Notes: generated by a model from the letters alone, not told the origin. Shown: positions 1 to 9,890, counted from the first letter of the stretch. The stretch is DNA of 21,226 bases from Neophaeotheca triangularis (GCA_054600435.1 BAAIJX010000073.1:62001-83226), one strand, 5' to 3'. Program-made: numbers and translations.

Positions 1-743
1 ATGTTAGGGCGAATAGCGTGGTGGCATGGTTCTGTGGACGCCACCGCTTTGCCAGTAAATAGCGCGGACGAGAGCAGGACGAGTTGCTTGAGGCCGGGCA
101 TTACGAGCTGTTCACAACGACGAGGAAGTGATTAAGTGCAACACCAGGCAAAGGCACGCGAACGAGGTGAAGTACAAATCGAATGTGTGGGGATGAAGTG
201 AGGGGAAAATGCGGATACCTCTCATAAGGTATGGGGTGTTGATACGCATATCGCGGAGATGCTTGGCATTCCGCAGTCAAAATATCGCCTTCCTAAGGTG
301 CCAGCCAAACAACGCGCAACGAAGCGGATGGCTCGAAGGAGTGACCCCAAGAGTAATACGATGCCCGGCATAATTCAAACTTGCCGCTTATGCCTGTCCT
401 TCGCCGATGGAGCATGTCTAGCCTCGCGATTTGGATACCAAAGGCGCTTAAGGTACAAGGTATCCGCCTCTTTAATACGTTAGCGATCCTTTTGTCGAGA
501 TGGTTGTGTGCTTCCATGGCCAAACTCTAAGCGCAACAGAGCGAACGTTGTAGCGAGCGAGACGGCTGCCGCTTGACAAGGAAGTGCGTGTAGCCGGATG
601 GTGCCAGCAAGCTGCGAAGGAAGTCCGGCTAAGTGAGTCAATCATCAAACCAGTGCAAAGCCTGCCTTGACCCCAACAGCCACGGATCGATGCGTATGCA
701 TGCTGCCTCGACTCTTTCATCTGTAGACCCCGGAGCCAAATTC

Positions 744-1769
744 TCAGGTCCCCGAAGCCCAATACTTCTCCAACGCTTCTTGACGCACCTCGTATGCCCA
801 ATGATGGCACGTCTGGTGCATGACGGGGCTGACCTCCACTGGATCTTCATCCTCACCGTCGTCCCACACACTCCTCACCCCGGCAAGCCTGTACCTCTTA
901 AGCAGCATCCTCCTCCACCTACCAGTAGGACCTACGCACTTCCTCCATCTCGAGATCTGCCTGTCGTCGTCCGCGCATCTCCTACCGCGAAAGAAGCGAA
1001 TATACCACTGAAACCAGCCTCTCACATCATGAGCGTGATCGATCCAACCCGCAGCTTCCCACTCTTCTATGCTCTGCCCGCAGCTCACTTTAAATTTGTT
1101 GACATCCGGATCGTACTCTGGTGACGTGACGAAGCGCTCAATGTTCAGACCCTTCAGCCATTCGGTGGGTAAGTCGCTCTCCCAGTCGCCGGAGACGGTA
1201 ATTCCTAGCTTCTTCGACCGCAGCGGCCTGTAGTATGCTCCTCCGAACGCTCCTTCGCGGAGCATTTCCTCTGGCGATTTGTTTGGGCGGAAGTCCTCGG
1301 CATCTTTGAAAACCCATTCGTTAGTGTCTGGGTCTCGTGTAGGTGGTTCGGCGTCGGGTTCCCATCGTGTCCAGTCTGCCACAATCTCGTCGACGTCCTT
1401 TATCGGGACTAAAGGCTCGGGATTCGAGATGTGCTTGCTGCCCAGCTCTTCTTCGGACTTGACGCCATTGCTGCTCTTTCCTGCTCTGCGACCAGCCGAT
1501 CGAGGCAGGCTGACGGCCTTGATGTCCGGGCCGTCATCGTTGTATCTTGGTCTCTCGGGTGCTGCGGCGATGCGCGCGCTTGTTCGTGAAGGCGTAGTGT
1601 CTTGTTGGAGTTTTCGCTTCTTCGAGGCCGGTGATGTGCCGTTCGTGCTGCTGCGTTTTGTGACTGATCGTGAAGCGGGAGGTGGTACGACCGACTGGAT
1701 GTCGAGCTGGGCGAGGAGCTTTTGGTTCTGCTTAATCTTGGCCTGCCGGCGCTCTTCGTAATCATTCAT
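744..1769 (-). CDS. Conserved hypothetical protein (~341 aa): basic low-complexity N-terminus plus a Trp/aromatic-rich C-terminal domain
   Basis: Long intronless ORF; first ATG is at 1769 (the track starts at an upstream TTG). N-terminal YEERRQAKIKQNQKLL and NLS-like SKKRK. C-terminal motifs FRPNKSPEEMLREGAFGG, YDPDVNKFKVSCGQSIEEW, GWFQWY, GRRCADDDRQISRW, QTCHHWA resemble a widespread uncharacterised family (recollection, not searched). Confidence 0.88.
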   Translation of the reverse strand: MNDYEERRQAKIKQNQKLLAQLDIQSVVPPPASRSVTKRSSTNGTSPASKKRKLQQDTTPSRTSARIAAAPERPRYNDDGPDIKAVSLPRSAGRRAGKSSNGVKSEEELGSKHISNPEPLVPIKDVDEIVADWTRWEPDAEPPTRDPDTNEWVFKDAEDFRPNKSPEEMLREGAFGGAYYRPLRSKKLGITVSGDWESDLPTEWLKGLNIERFVTSPEYDPDVNKFKVSCGQSIEEWEAAGWIDHAHDVRGWFQWYIRFFRGRRCADDDRQISRWRKCVGPTGRWRRMLLKRYRLAGVRSVWDDGEDEDPVEVSPVMHQTCHHWAYEVRQEALEKYWASGT

Positions 1770-2380
1770 CCTGGTGTCGAAAGCAACCAACGTAGGATTA
1801 TGTAGAGTAATGTAAGTCGCGCAAGGTACTCAACACGCGACTCGAATGACGTAGAACTAACCGCTCCTCACCTCCCGCGTCCACTACCCGCCATCGATCC
1901 ATCACTCAACCTACTTACCCTTTTTTTGACTGGTGGCATTCCGACACGTCGACAGACAAATCGAGTCTAGATCTCCATGGCCTGTTTCGAGCCTGTAGTC
2001 TTCAAAGTACCAGATGGCCTTACACAAGTCCCACGATCCGCACCTACACAAAGCGCAGTGCGTTCCGAAAGGCACACTATTTGTTAGAATACCTAGTTGG
2101 GACTCGTTGCATTCACCAAGGACGAAAGGTTTCACACCCTCTTAAGTTTTACCCAAATTATCTTCTAACAATTCAGCCTCGCGGCCGTAGAGCCGGTGTA
2201 CCATTGCGAAAGTAAGATATCGCTCTTCGATCCGAATCCCTACTCGAAGACGCCTGTGACTAGGTGACGGCTGAAGTCGCGACAGTATCGTCGCGCGAGG
2301 GTAGAGTTCTATGCTAGACAAAAGCTGGCTGTGGATAGGCGGTCTGCGTCCCCTCAGCAAGTCCATTCGTGGGTAATGCC

Positions 2381-2914
2381 ATGGTCTATGTACATCACGC
2401 TATAGTACCGCAGTCCCTCCACACTCTAACAGCGAACCTTGCCACGGCTTCACTTCTAGCCTCAAGTTCAACAAACTCCACGACGGCGCCCACCGCAACA
2501 TCTACGACGAGGTCAAAGCTGATATCGTCAGCACTTGCCAAGGAGATACCGGAAAGATTCTTTATCCTACCGAGCCCTTTTGGCTCTACACCGAGTGCGA
2601 GGAGAAATGGTCCTTCAAGGAGAATTGCCACCGGGATTGCGTGGAAATACGACCAGTTCGAACAGCGGGTTTGCCGTCGGACTGTGCACACTTGTGTGCA
2701 CCGCATGGAGAATTGCGACTCCTGGTTCGACTTACGGTACAAACCACATCGACTGGGCGATCGAGGTCCATGACGGCAATCCGGAGAAGGAGATCATTTT
2801 CGAGGCTTGCATGAAACCTTTCTAGACGGATCATGCTGGATGTAAGGAGGGTAGCGAGCAGACTCACGATGGGTTGTGGTTTAGATTGGCCCGAACGCGG
2901 GTATTTACGTCTAG
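2381..2914 (+). pseudogene. Decayed Cys-rich protein gene, probably glycan-binding protein Y3-like
   Basis: Joining frames gives CHGFTSSLKFNKLHDGAHRNIYDEVKADIVSTCQ...ENCHRDC /frameshift ~2641/ ...GLCTLVC...NHIDWAIEVHDGNPEKEIIFEACMKPF*(2823-2825)TDHAGCKEGSEQTHDGLWFRL /1-nt frameshift ~2889/ PNAGIYV*. The tail matches the GCxxGSEQxHxGxWxRxDPNxGxC pattern I recall from fungal Y3-like proteins. 5' end unresolved. Confidence 0.55.
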
Positions 2915-3277
2915 GGAGGTGGAGAACGTAGCGACTGCTGTCGACTTTGCTTGCTGGATGCTGCTAATAAGACGCTGCAAAGTGAGTGGAGAAAGAATTG
3001 CGATTGCCGAGGGTGCATTTATTACTGGGTATGAGGACGACTGCAGTCTTGATTTTGAGTGTATGCATAGGCATTCTACATACCCTACGACTATCGGATA
3101 CTGAGGAGCAAAGACTGCAGTGAATTGCTCGCGTAGAAATAGTGCAATGTGAGTAGCATTAGCATTCAATATGCTGCCATTCCCCTTTTGGCGTGCTTCC
3201 GGAGATGTTGTTTTTTGAGTATCAGGTGTTGCGCAAACTCGCACCACACGTCCCCCTTGCGGATTACCTACAACCTC

Positions 3278-5125
3278 TCAGCCATCACGGACGGCATTGA
3301 TGTCTGCTGTGGGGATATCAACGTAGCTGCCAAACTCGCCACCGGTATGAATGACATGCCTACCGACATTGAGAATGCTCGGTTGTCCTAGTTGCTGGAA
3401 CTCAGGCTGCTTCTGACTGTTCCAGCCTTGGACCAACAGCGTTAGTGCGTCGCCAGGCTCGTATCGGATGGCAGTGGGCCAGAATGGAATGTCTACAGGG
3501 ACCGGTTCCTTTCCGAGGAATTCGGGAAAGTCGTGAGGATACTGGTAGATGCCGTTGGTGCCTTGCTTCCGGTAGTTGCGCAAGGATACTCGAGCACGGC
3601 CGTGCGCACCAATGTAAGTATCGGAACCCAAAACCTCAATGGGGATGACCTCCGAAGTAGTACTGTTCGACTTCTGCAAATAGCAGAATAGATCCATGTC
3701 ATCGAAATCCGGAGTCGAAACGTATAGGCGCGCTGTGGCATATCCGACAAAGTTAGTGGTCTCATTGAACTTTAAGCGGAAGGAGACGGTTCCATTCGCT
3801 GTCGAATTGTATGTCGTCGAGGCGACAACTCGAGGCTGCTCTGGAGACATGATTGTGTCACCGTGGGAAGCGTCGAGAAAGTAACGATTGGTTGCTGCGC
3901 GCGGTAGAGGAAAGTCTTGCTCTGGATGGTCCACAATGGAGTCATGCCCGGGGTTCAGCACGGAGAGCCTTACACGAGCCGTGTCTTCCCAATCGTTGTC
4001 GACGTTGTTCAGGTACTTGTCGAAGAACTTGTTCAGGTCTGCAACGTGTTCGGGAGTGTAGTAATCATGCCACTCGTGTGTCAAATGAGTACGTAGCCAT
4101 TTCTTGTTCTACCTCAATCTCTCCCATCCCTGGAAAGTTCCCAAAGTATGCAGGGCATTGGTCCACGAGCCGACGACGTAGATTGGAAGATTATCGTCAA
4201 TGTTCTCGATCTTGGCAGCTTTGTCTTGCCAGTACCCGTTGATGGTCGGCTGGCGATTCACCATGTTGGCAATGTTCTCGATCTGGTTGGAGCCGTTACC
4301 GTAAAGAGAGGTAACCAATAGCTCCGTGAAGACCGAGTTTGGAATGCCGCCGCGGAAGACTAGGTCTTCGTAAAAATCCGACCATCCCTCCCAAGGAGCG
4401 ATTGCAGCTAAATGGGGAGGGCGTTCGGAAGCAATCCACCATTGGGCAACAGTCAGCCACGAGTTGCCGGTCATTCCGACCTTGCCGTTCGACCATGATT
4501 GCTGAGCAAGCCACTCGATCAGATCGTACCCATCACGCGCATCTTGTTGGCCAAACATGAGCAGGTCTCCCTCGCTATAAAAGACACCGCGAGGGTCCGG
4601 ATGAATGACAGCATAGCCTTGGTTCACCCAGTACGCAGGATTCGGGCCTTCGAATTTTTCCAAGCCGGACATCCAGTCGTATCGGACACCCATGCGATCT
4701 TCAGCCGCGTTCGGTCGCTGGAATATGTCATAATTGAAGAATCCACCTCTTTTGCCATACGGTGAATAGGCCACGATGGCGGGTATGTTCTCGGCGAAAG
4801 TGGCATTGGCGGGGCGATAGATGTCCGTGTAGATAGTCGTGCTGTCGCGGAGTTTGACTGGGACGTCTGATTCAAATAAAATGTCGCAAGGCAGCGCCGG
4901 GTATTCATCCGACACAGGCTTGGAGCCCGCAGGCAACACTTTCGAGGTGCGATTAAAGGGTGTAGCGTTGGCCTCCGGAAGTTCGTACGATGAGGTGTTC
5001 GTGAAGCTTACTGAAACTCCGTTTATTACGTCTAGCTCTATACTTGACGTCAAGGATGAGCTGTCGCCATTAATAGAAAAAGCGGCGACAGTGCTCGCTA
5101 GTTGAAGAAGCCGAGTTAAATACAT
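3278..5125 (-). pseudogene. Secreted CocE/NonD-family (peptidase S15-like) alpha/beta hydrolase with one in-frame premature stop
   Basis: ORFs 4109-5125 and 3278-4084 are in the same frame, separated only by TAG at 4111-4109 (GWERLR*NKKWLRTHLTHEWHDYY). Signal-peptide-like MYLTRLLQLASTVAA; family motifs LRDSTTIYTDIYRP, YSPYGK, GYAVIHPDPRG, DGYDLIEWLAQQSWSNGKVGMTGNSW (nucleophile Ser), PPHLAAIAPWEG; C-terminal domain with DDMDLF and HVIHTGG. 615 codons if read through. Confidence 0.9.
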
Positions 5126-5229
5126 GGTGTAGTGTGAAAATATAGTCGGAAAGCGATAACTTGTAATGATTGAAATTATCTAGGATCCTCGCTTAGCACG
5201 GTGTCGGAATGTTCCGAGCCGAGCCGACA

Positions 5230-5445
5230 ATCCTCGACTCCTAGGTAGTCTTTAACTCCTATTCTAGGGTAAAGCTCAAAATGTATTTATTAAGATTATA
5301 ATGTTATACTTGCTTAAAACTAATAGAGCCTACTATAATAATAGAAAGTCTTTTAGGTATATTTCTTTATTAGCTCCTTATTAAAGCTAGGGTCTAGATA
5401 AGAAATTCTAAAGCTTTAGGTCTTATAAGACATAATATAGATAAT
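5230..5445. mobile_element. AT-rich, heavily RIP-mutated TE relic, family unidentified
   Basis: Abrupt switch to very AT-rich, TpA-rich, CpA/TpG/CpG-poor sequence with no ORFs. Boundaries approximate. Confidence 0.6.
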
Positions 5446-5690
5446 TGTTATAGCTATAGCGCTAATAGGACAATGGTAGCTTAGCTATAGAAAGCTTAGG
5501 AGTACTAAGTAATTATATAGTAAAAAGTATATAAGATAGCTAATAGAGAAGTCTCCTCTCTACTATGAAATAGTTTCTATATTAAAGGAGTATTACTATT
5601 ATTACTATTATTATGTTCTATCCTTACTATACTATAATACTAACTATGTTATAGTCTTAGTCTTATAATTCTATTTAGTCTTAGAACCTT
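5446..5690 (+). mobile_element. Degenerate 5' LTR plus PBS fragment of the same family as the Gypsy element at 16985
   Basis: Starts TGTTATAG and aligns to 16985-17230. In the ungapped block 5561-5690 vs 17101-17230 I count 33 mismatches in 130 nt, 28 of them transitions. LTR part is 5446-5667, followed by ~23 nt homologous to the PBS/leader. Confidence 0.9.
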
Positions 5691-5885
5691 CTTCAACACA
5701 GTTCTCTACCTATTTTAAATCAAATTGCCGTAATTTGGTCGTGGCATTATAGTTAGATTAATAATGGTCTAGCTGCTAAAAAAACACTAACTATTAATTA
5801 GGAGAACCGAAAGATAACCGGTTTATAACCGCTATCTATAGACCGATACCCTACTAAGGTATAGCTAGACCCTAACCTACCCCTT

Positions 5886-6581
5886 TTACCACTTCATCTA
5901 GAGCTCCTTCAAGGCTATTAGTACACGCCCCTACTCGGATGTACGCGACAGGATCTTACGCATTGCTAAGAGTTCGGTTAGTCATATGTGCTATTTAGGA
6001 GGGACTATAAGTCACTCTAGACTTACGCAAATGTATTGCTATGTGCGGTAGCCGTCATTAGCTTCGTATTATTGGCCAGATAACGCTAAAGACTCTTACC
6101 GGAACACCCGGATTCCCCTAGGAAAGGTGAGTATGATTTCAATTATAAGTGCTCGAGTGCTCGTCTAATACTTACAAGCGCAGATCCAACACAGTTCTCC
6201 ATGCATGTTAGTTTGCCGAAAGAAACACAGCGGTGTGAGCAATCATACCCCCATACACTGCGAGGAGGTCAGCCTTAGTCGACGTGGTTGTAGCGAGTAC
6301 TGTAGTATCGTACCAGACGGTCACCGTTCGCAGCGTCTCGCTATAGGCCTGTCAGCTACATGCTCGGAAGCATCGATGAGGATGCCTCGTACCCCGTAGC
6401 AGGAGTCCACACATTCATCCATACTGCCAAACACGATCTGCTTGCAGCCAGCTTCTTTGCCGTTCTCGCACTCGGGCTGGTCGCGGGCGAACAAGCCACC
6501 TGCGTAATCGACGACCGGGCCCGCAGAGGCGACGAGCATCAGTGGCGCGAGTGCCAGGAGAGAGGAGGAGCAGAATCGCAT
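5886..6581 (-). CDS. Small secreted Cys-rich, defensin-like (CS-alpha-beta-type) prepropeptide, ~97 aa, encoded by 8 exons (7 micro-exons)
   Basis: Exons 6581-6393, 6340-6314, 6257-6249, 6196-6176, 6117-6100, 6038-6027, 5965-5960, 5897-5886 (alternative last exon 5906-5898). Introns of 52-62 nt with donors GTACGA, GTACGA, GTATGA, GTAAGT, GTAAGA, GTAAGT, GTAAGA and branch motifs CTGAC/CTAAC/CTCAC/CTAAT. Spliced product: MRFCSSSLLALAPLMLVASAGPVVDYAGGLFARDQPECENGKEAGCKQIVFGSMDECVDSCYG|RDAANGDRL|CMG|NCVGSAL|GNPGVP|QYIC|QC|MKW*. Intron 3 needs a rare GAG acceptor. Confidence 0.8.
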
Positions 6582-6650
6582 GGTGCAAAGTGAAGCTCGA
6601 AGAATTGCTCGGTTGCTGGCTTGGATGAGGTTGGAAGAGGGCTTTCGGAC

Positions 6651-6664
6651 GGGCTATATAGCCC
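6651..6664 (-). promoter_or_regulatory. Putative TATA box inside a perfect 14-bp palindrome
   Basis: GGGCTATATAGCCC is its own reverse complement; the TATATA core lies ~75 nt upstream of the ATG at 6581. Confidence 0.5.
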
Positions 6665-7686
6665 ATTCAACAACACACGCCGCAACTCTGCTGTCTGACG
6701 CAACGAGGAGATCGGTGATGGCAACAGACGACGCATGCCCGTCGCGTGCCGCAACCACTCGTCAGGTGTTGAAAGGATCCGCCGTGGCATTCTCTTGCTT
6801 GCATACCGATTCGCCCGCCTGCTCCACGTCCGAGGACATGTAGACATGTTGCTCCTGCTGGCACCGCAATTCTGGCCCACGAGCCATGGCCGCGGAAGGG
6901 CTCAAGGCAGGAGCAGTGCACGTCAGGACACCAGCGTCAACCGTTTGCTCCATCTTCGACACCGTGCGGGCAGCTTGGATGCAAGTGAAGTGCACATTAG
7001 GTTCGGACACGACCCCGGATACCTGGGGTACGCAGTCGGATATCGCCAGACCCGCGGCCCCACAAGACCTGCATCTGGCGCCCTTAGCGGCAGCGGAGCA
7101 GATGGCAGCATCGCAGGGCAGGGTTGCAGGGTGGTACAATGGCTGCTCCATATTTGGCTGTCGGATTACCCTTTTCTACGAAATTGAATGCATGAAAAAT
7201 CCGCACGTGTCTCCTCCCTACTACATAGTTAGAGCCACTTCCGTCAACCCGGCCGCTCCGGCTGCTCCGGACGAACCTAAAACCTGCAGCGTCGAGGCTG
7301 GCGAAGTACTATTGATCGTGATACCATGGTGCCATGTACAAGTGACACCGGTTTCTCCGCCCACTGGTGTGTCGCGGGCCTGCCGACCCTGCCTTGTTGC
7401 ATTGCTACTGAAGCTTGCCAAACACCATTCGCATCTCTCACAGGCTGCAGTAGTCGAGCTACCGCGTCGGCTCTGCTCACAGGGCTCGTGGCCGCATCAC
7501 GAAGGACAAGTCCGCAGCGAGCAGCTGGGCGGCGGCCGTTCAGTCAGCCACGGAAGAGCCGTTTCGCTGGCGGGGGGTATATCATTTAATAGTGCAGGGG
7601 ATGCAGCTTCTCTCGCCCTCGACCACCTGCCAGACTTTCCGCCTTTGCGCTCGACTTCTCAATCCTCCCCCACCCCTTTGGCAAAC

Positions 7687-8248
7687 ATGTTCAGCAAAAT
7701 CGCCATTTTGATGTGGCCGGCAGCACTGGCCTCCGCCACCATCACCGCGAACCAGACGTCAGTTCCTGGATGGGTTCCCATGCCGTACCCCGACGGTGTA
7801 TTCGACTCCGACACCGACGCCGATGCCAGGCAAGTCGAACGCGGCTGATGCCATAGCCGACACGACGGTATGAAGGGTGGCAGCGAATGCTAATCATCGG
7901 CGAAGACTCGCTCCCTCTTGGAAGGTGACGTACGGATACAACGAGTGCGGCAACTACGAGACATACAACGGCATCAGGGCGTTCTACGAGTCCGCGGGAT
8001 GCACCGCCTTTCCCAGGCAACCTCAATGGGTTTGCTGGGAGAACCCACGGAACCCAGACGACAAGGACGGTCTGCCGTACTGGAACATGCTCATGTACTT
8101 CACCGGCGACGAGTGTCCGGTTATCGGACATACCTTTCAGTGCGATACGGTCGGGAGATATTGCGCTTGCTTCACGGGGAGTCGACCGCTCAGCTACAAC
8201 GTTGTGGATGCCACCACCGGAGTTCGAAACTGCGACGCTCCGTTTTGA
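7687..8248 (+). CDS. Small secreted Cys-rich protein (161 aa, 8 Cys), effector-like, with one GC-AG intron
   Basis: Exon 1 7687-7829 with signal peptide MFSKIAILMWPAALASA; intron 7830-7905 (AG|GCAAGT...GCTAAT...AAG|, 76 nt); exon 2 7906-8248. Splicing removes the in-frame TGA at 7846 and joins DADAR-LAPSWKVTYGYNEC in frame. Confidence 0.8.
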
Positions 8249-8573
8249 GGAATGGGACGGCTTCGCGGCGTGTTCGCGTGGGGTTTGGTTTGAGTAGAGT
8301 TGGCAAGGTAGATTGAATGAGAGTGAAATTTGATGAAGTGATTTTTCCGACGGCGCGAAAATTTGAAAGTCTCAAGTTCGTGATCGTCGGTGCTGAGTTT
8401 GGAATGTGACATGCGCACTGAGATGCGTGATTTTTTTATTTTTTATTTTTTTGGTTCCATGTTAGGTTGGAAGTGATAGACACAATGGAATGCACAACAT
8501 GTTTGCTGCAAAACTCAACGATTCGTGAAGTATCTGCTTCGCCGCCAAAGACGTCCCGTTTGCCCTCAAATAG

Positions 8574-9242
8574 TTACAGGACCCTCCAATGCAAGGCGCT
8601 TGCGATCAACACGCCGACACATGTCCTCCAGAAGCTCACCGAACCCGCCAAAGACGGCGAGGCAGACCGAGCTTGTTGGATAAAGCGACCGTTCGAATCG
8701 AATGGGCCGTCTCTCGAAAGACTCCCTGAAGTCGACAGCGACATGCCATTGTCCCAACGACAGAAGGCGTCCGAAACCGGGTCCCCTTCCAGCGTCAGGC
8801 ACCAGAGCCAGTAGTTGATGTCGGCGGGAAAGAAGCGGCAGTATTGCGAGCAGTTGTCTGGAGCGAGATAGATGGGGAGGTCGGGGTACTCTACGCCGCC
8901 CAGCTGCATGTTTTGGCAGCAGGACGCCATGCGCGGATGAGCGCCCTTGAGGCCGCAGTAGCCGTCGTATTGCGCGCCATCGGGGTCGTCGTCTGGGCTC
9001 ACTGACATGTTGAGCCAGGGGATGTCGACGTAGTCGAGCCCGCTGTACTGGATGGGACAGTCGAACTGGGAGTCTGGGATGGAGGTGCCGTTGGCGATGT
9101 AGGCCGCGAACTCGTTGGTGCCGTTGGCCTGCGTTCCCGTGAACCCGCCTGCGACTGAGGAGGAGGATGCGTACGGGCCGGCCGAAACCGCGGCCGACGG
9201 AACGAAGTCGACTGAGGTGGAGATGGTGGCCGTGGTCGCCAT
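8574..9242 (-). CDS. Hypothetical Cys-rich protein (222 aa) with Ser/Thr/Ala-rich N-terminus and hydrophobic C-terminal tail
   Basis: Intronless ORF with GC3-rich codons, CAACATGG start context and an in-frame upstream TGA. Eight Cys in the central domain (including CC), several NxS/T sequons, C-terminus VSFWRTCVGVLIASALHWRVL. Confidence 0.78.
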   Translation of the reverse strand: MATTATISTSVDFVPSAAVSAGPYASSSSVAGGFTGTQANGTNEFAAYIANGTSIPDSQFDCPIQYSGLDYVDIPWLNMSVSPDDDPDGAQYDGYCGLKGAHPRMASCCQNMQLGGVEYPDLPIYLAPDNCSQYCRFFPADINYWLWCLTLEGDPVSDAFCRWDNGMSLSTSGSLSRDGPFDSNGRFIQQARSASPSLAGSVSFWRTCVGVLIASALHWRVL

Positions 9243-9890
9243 GTTGCGTTGCGTCGTTCACAGGTCGCCGCTTGTCTTGCGCCAGATATGGAGAGGATTC
9301 GGCGTGGGTACTGAGGTGCACACTGCTGCGGTGAAGAATGGACGGTGTGAGCTCTGGCCGTCATGGGGTTCGGAGGGACGCCGGACGCTTCTGCGGAGGC
9401 CAGCTGCTCGGCTTCATGTTGCTTGCCCAGCCCCATGTTGCTTCCCGTCCAATCCCTTGATGCCGTTGCTTCGCTGCCAGTCTTTTTCCGAGGAGAGCCA
9501 TAGACGGGTCACGGGTGCCGGCACCACTCGGCGAGCAATTAAATCCAAAGTCTCCGCACGTCAGCGCTCGCACATGACGAGAGACTCGTGCGACACGTCA
9601 CATCACGAATGGAAGGCAGTAAAAAAGGATGTTGTCCAACAAAGCACCCTCTAATCATGTTCTATGTTTGCATCTTCCGCGGCGCCGCCCGGCCTCTCCG
9701 GCAACCTAAAATGGAAATCCGGGGATGCACCCCGCAGGCCAAGCATCCTCCCCGAAGAAGAGTTTAAGAAGAGGCTCAAGCTTGAAGCTTTATTTTCTCT
9801 TGGTACCTTGGCCAGCTTCTCTCCTCACATTCAGAAAACCTCGGCAACAACAACAACACCTGTTGCCCACTCTCCACTCCAGCGAGCGAT

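Noticed and set aside
1..740. Short ORFs at 259-483, 293-523 and 472-810
   Set aside because: No coding features or recognisable motifs; likely UTR or intergenic sequence.
4085..4112. Intron between the two hydrolase ORFs
   Set aside because: Only 24 nt lie between them, in frame, encoding family-like KKWLRTH; there is no branch site or acceptor.
6321..6392. C-terminus VRGILIDASEHVADRPIARRCER of the 86-aa ORF
   Set aside because: Read-through into intron 1; the spliced model explains the downstream splice-signal array and completes the Cys pattern.
6886..7686. N-terminal 267 codons of the 320-aa ORF 6886-7848 and overlapping ORFs at 6539-7589
   Set aside because: No recognisable domain; the signal peptide starts at ATG 7687; best read as GC-rich intergenic DNA between divergent genes.
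8430..8452. T-rich tract as the poly(A) tail of a retroposed insertion
   Set aside because: No target-site duplication or element body seen; more simply a low-complexity tract between convergent 3' ends.
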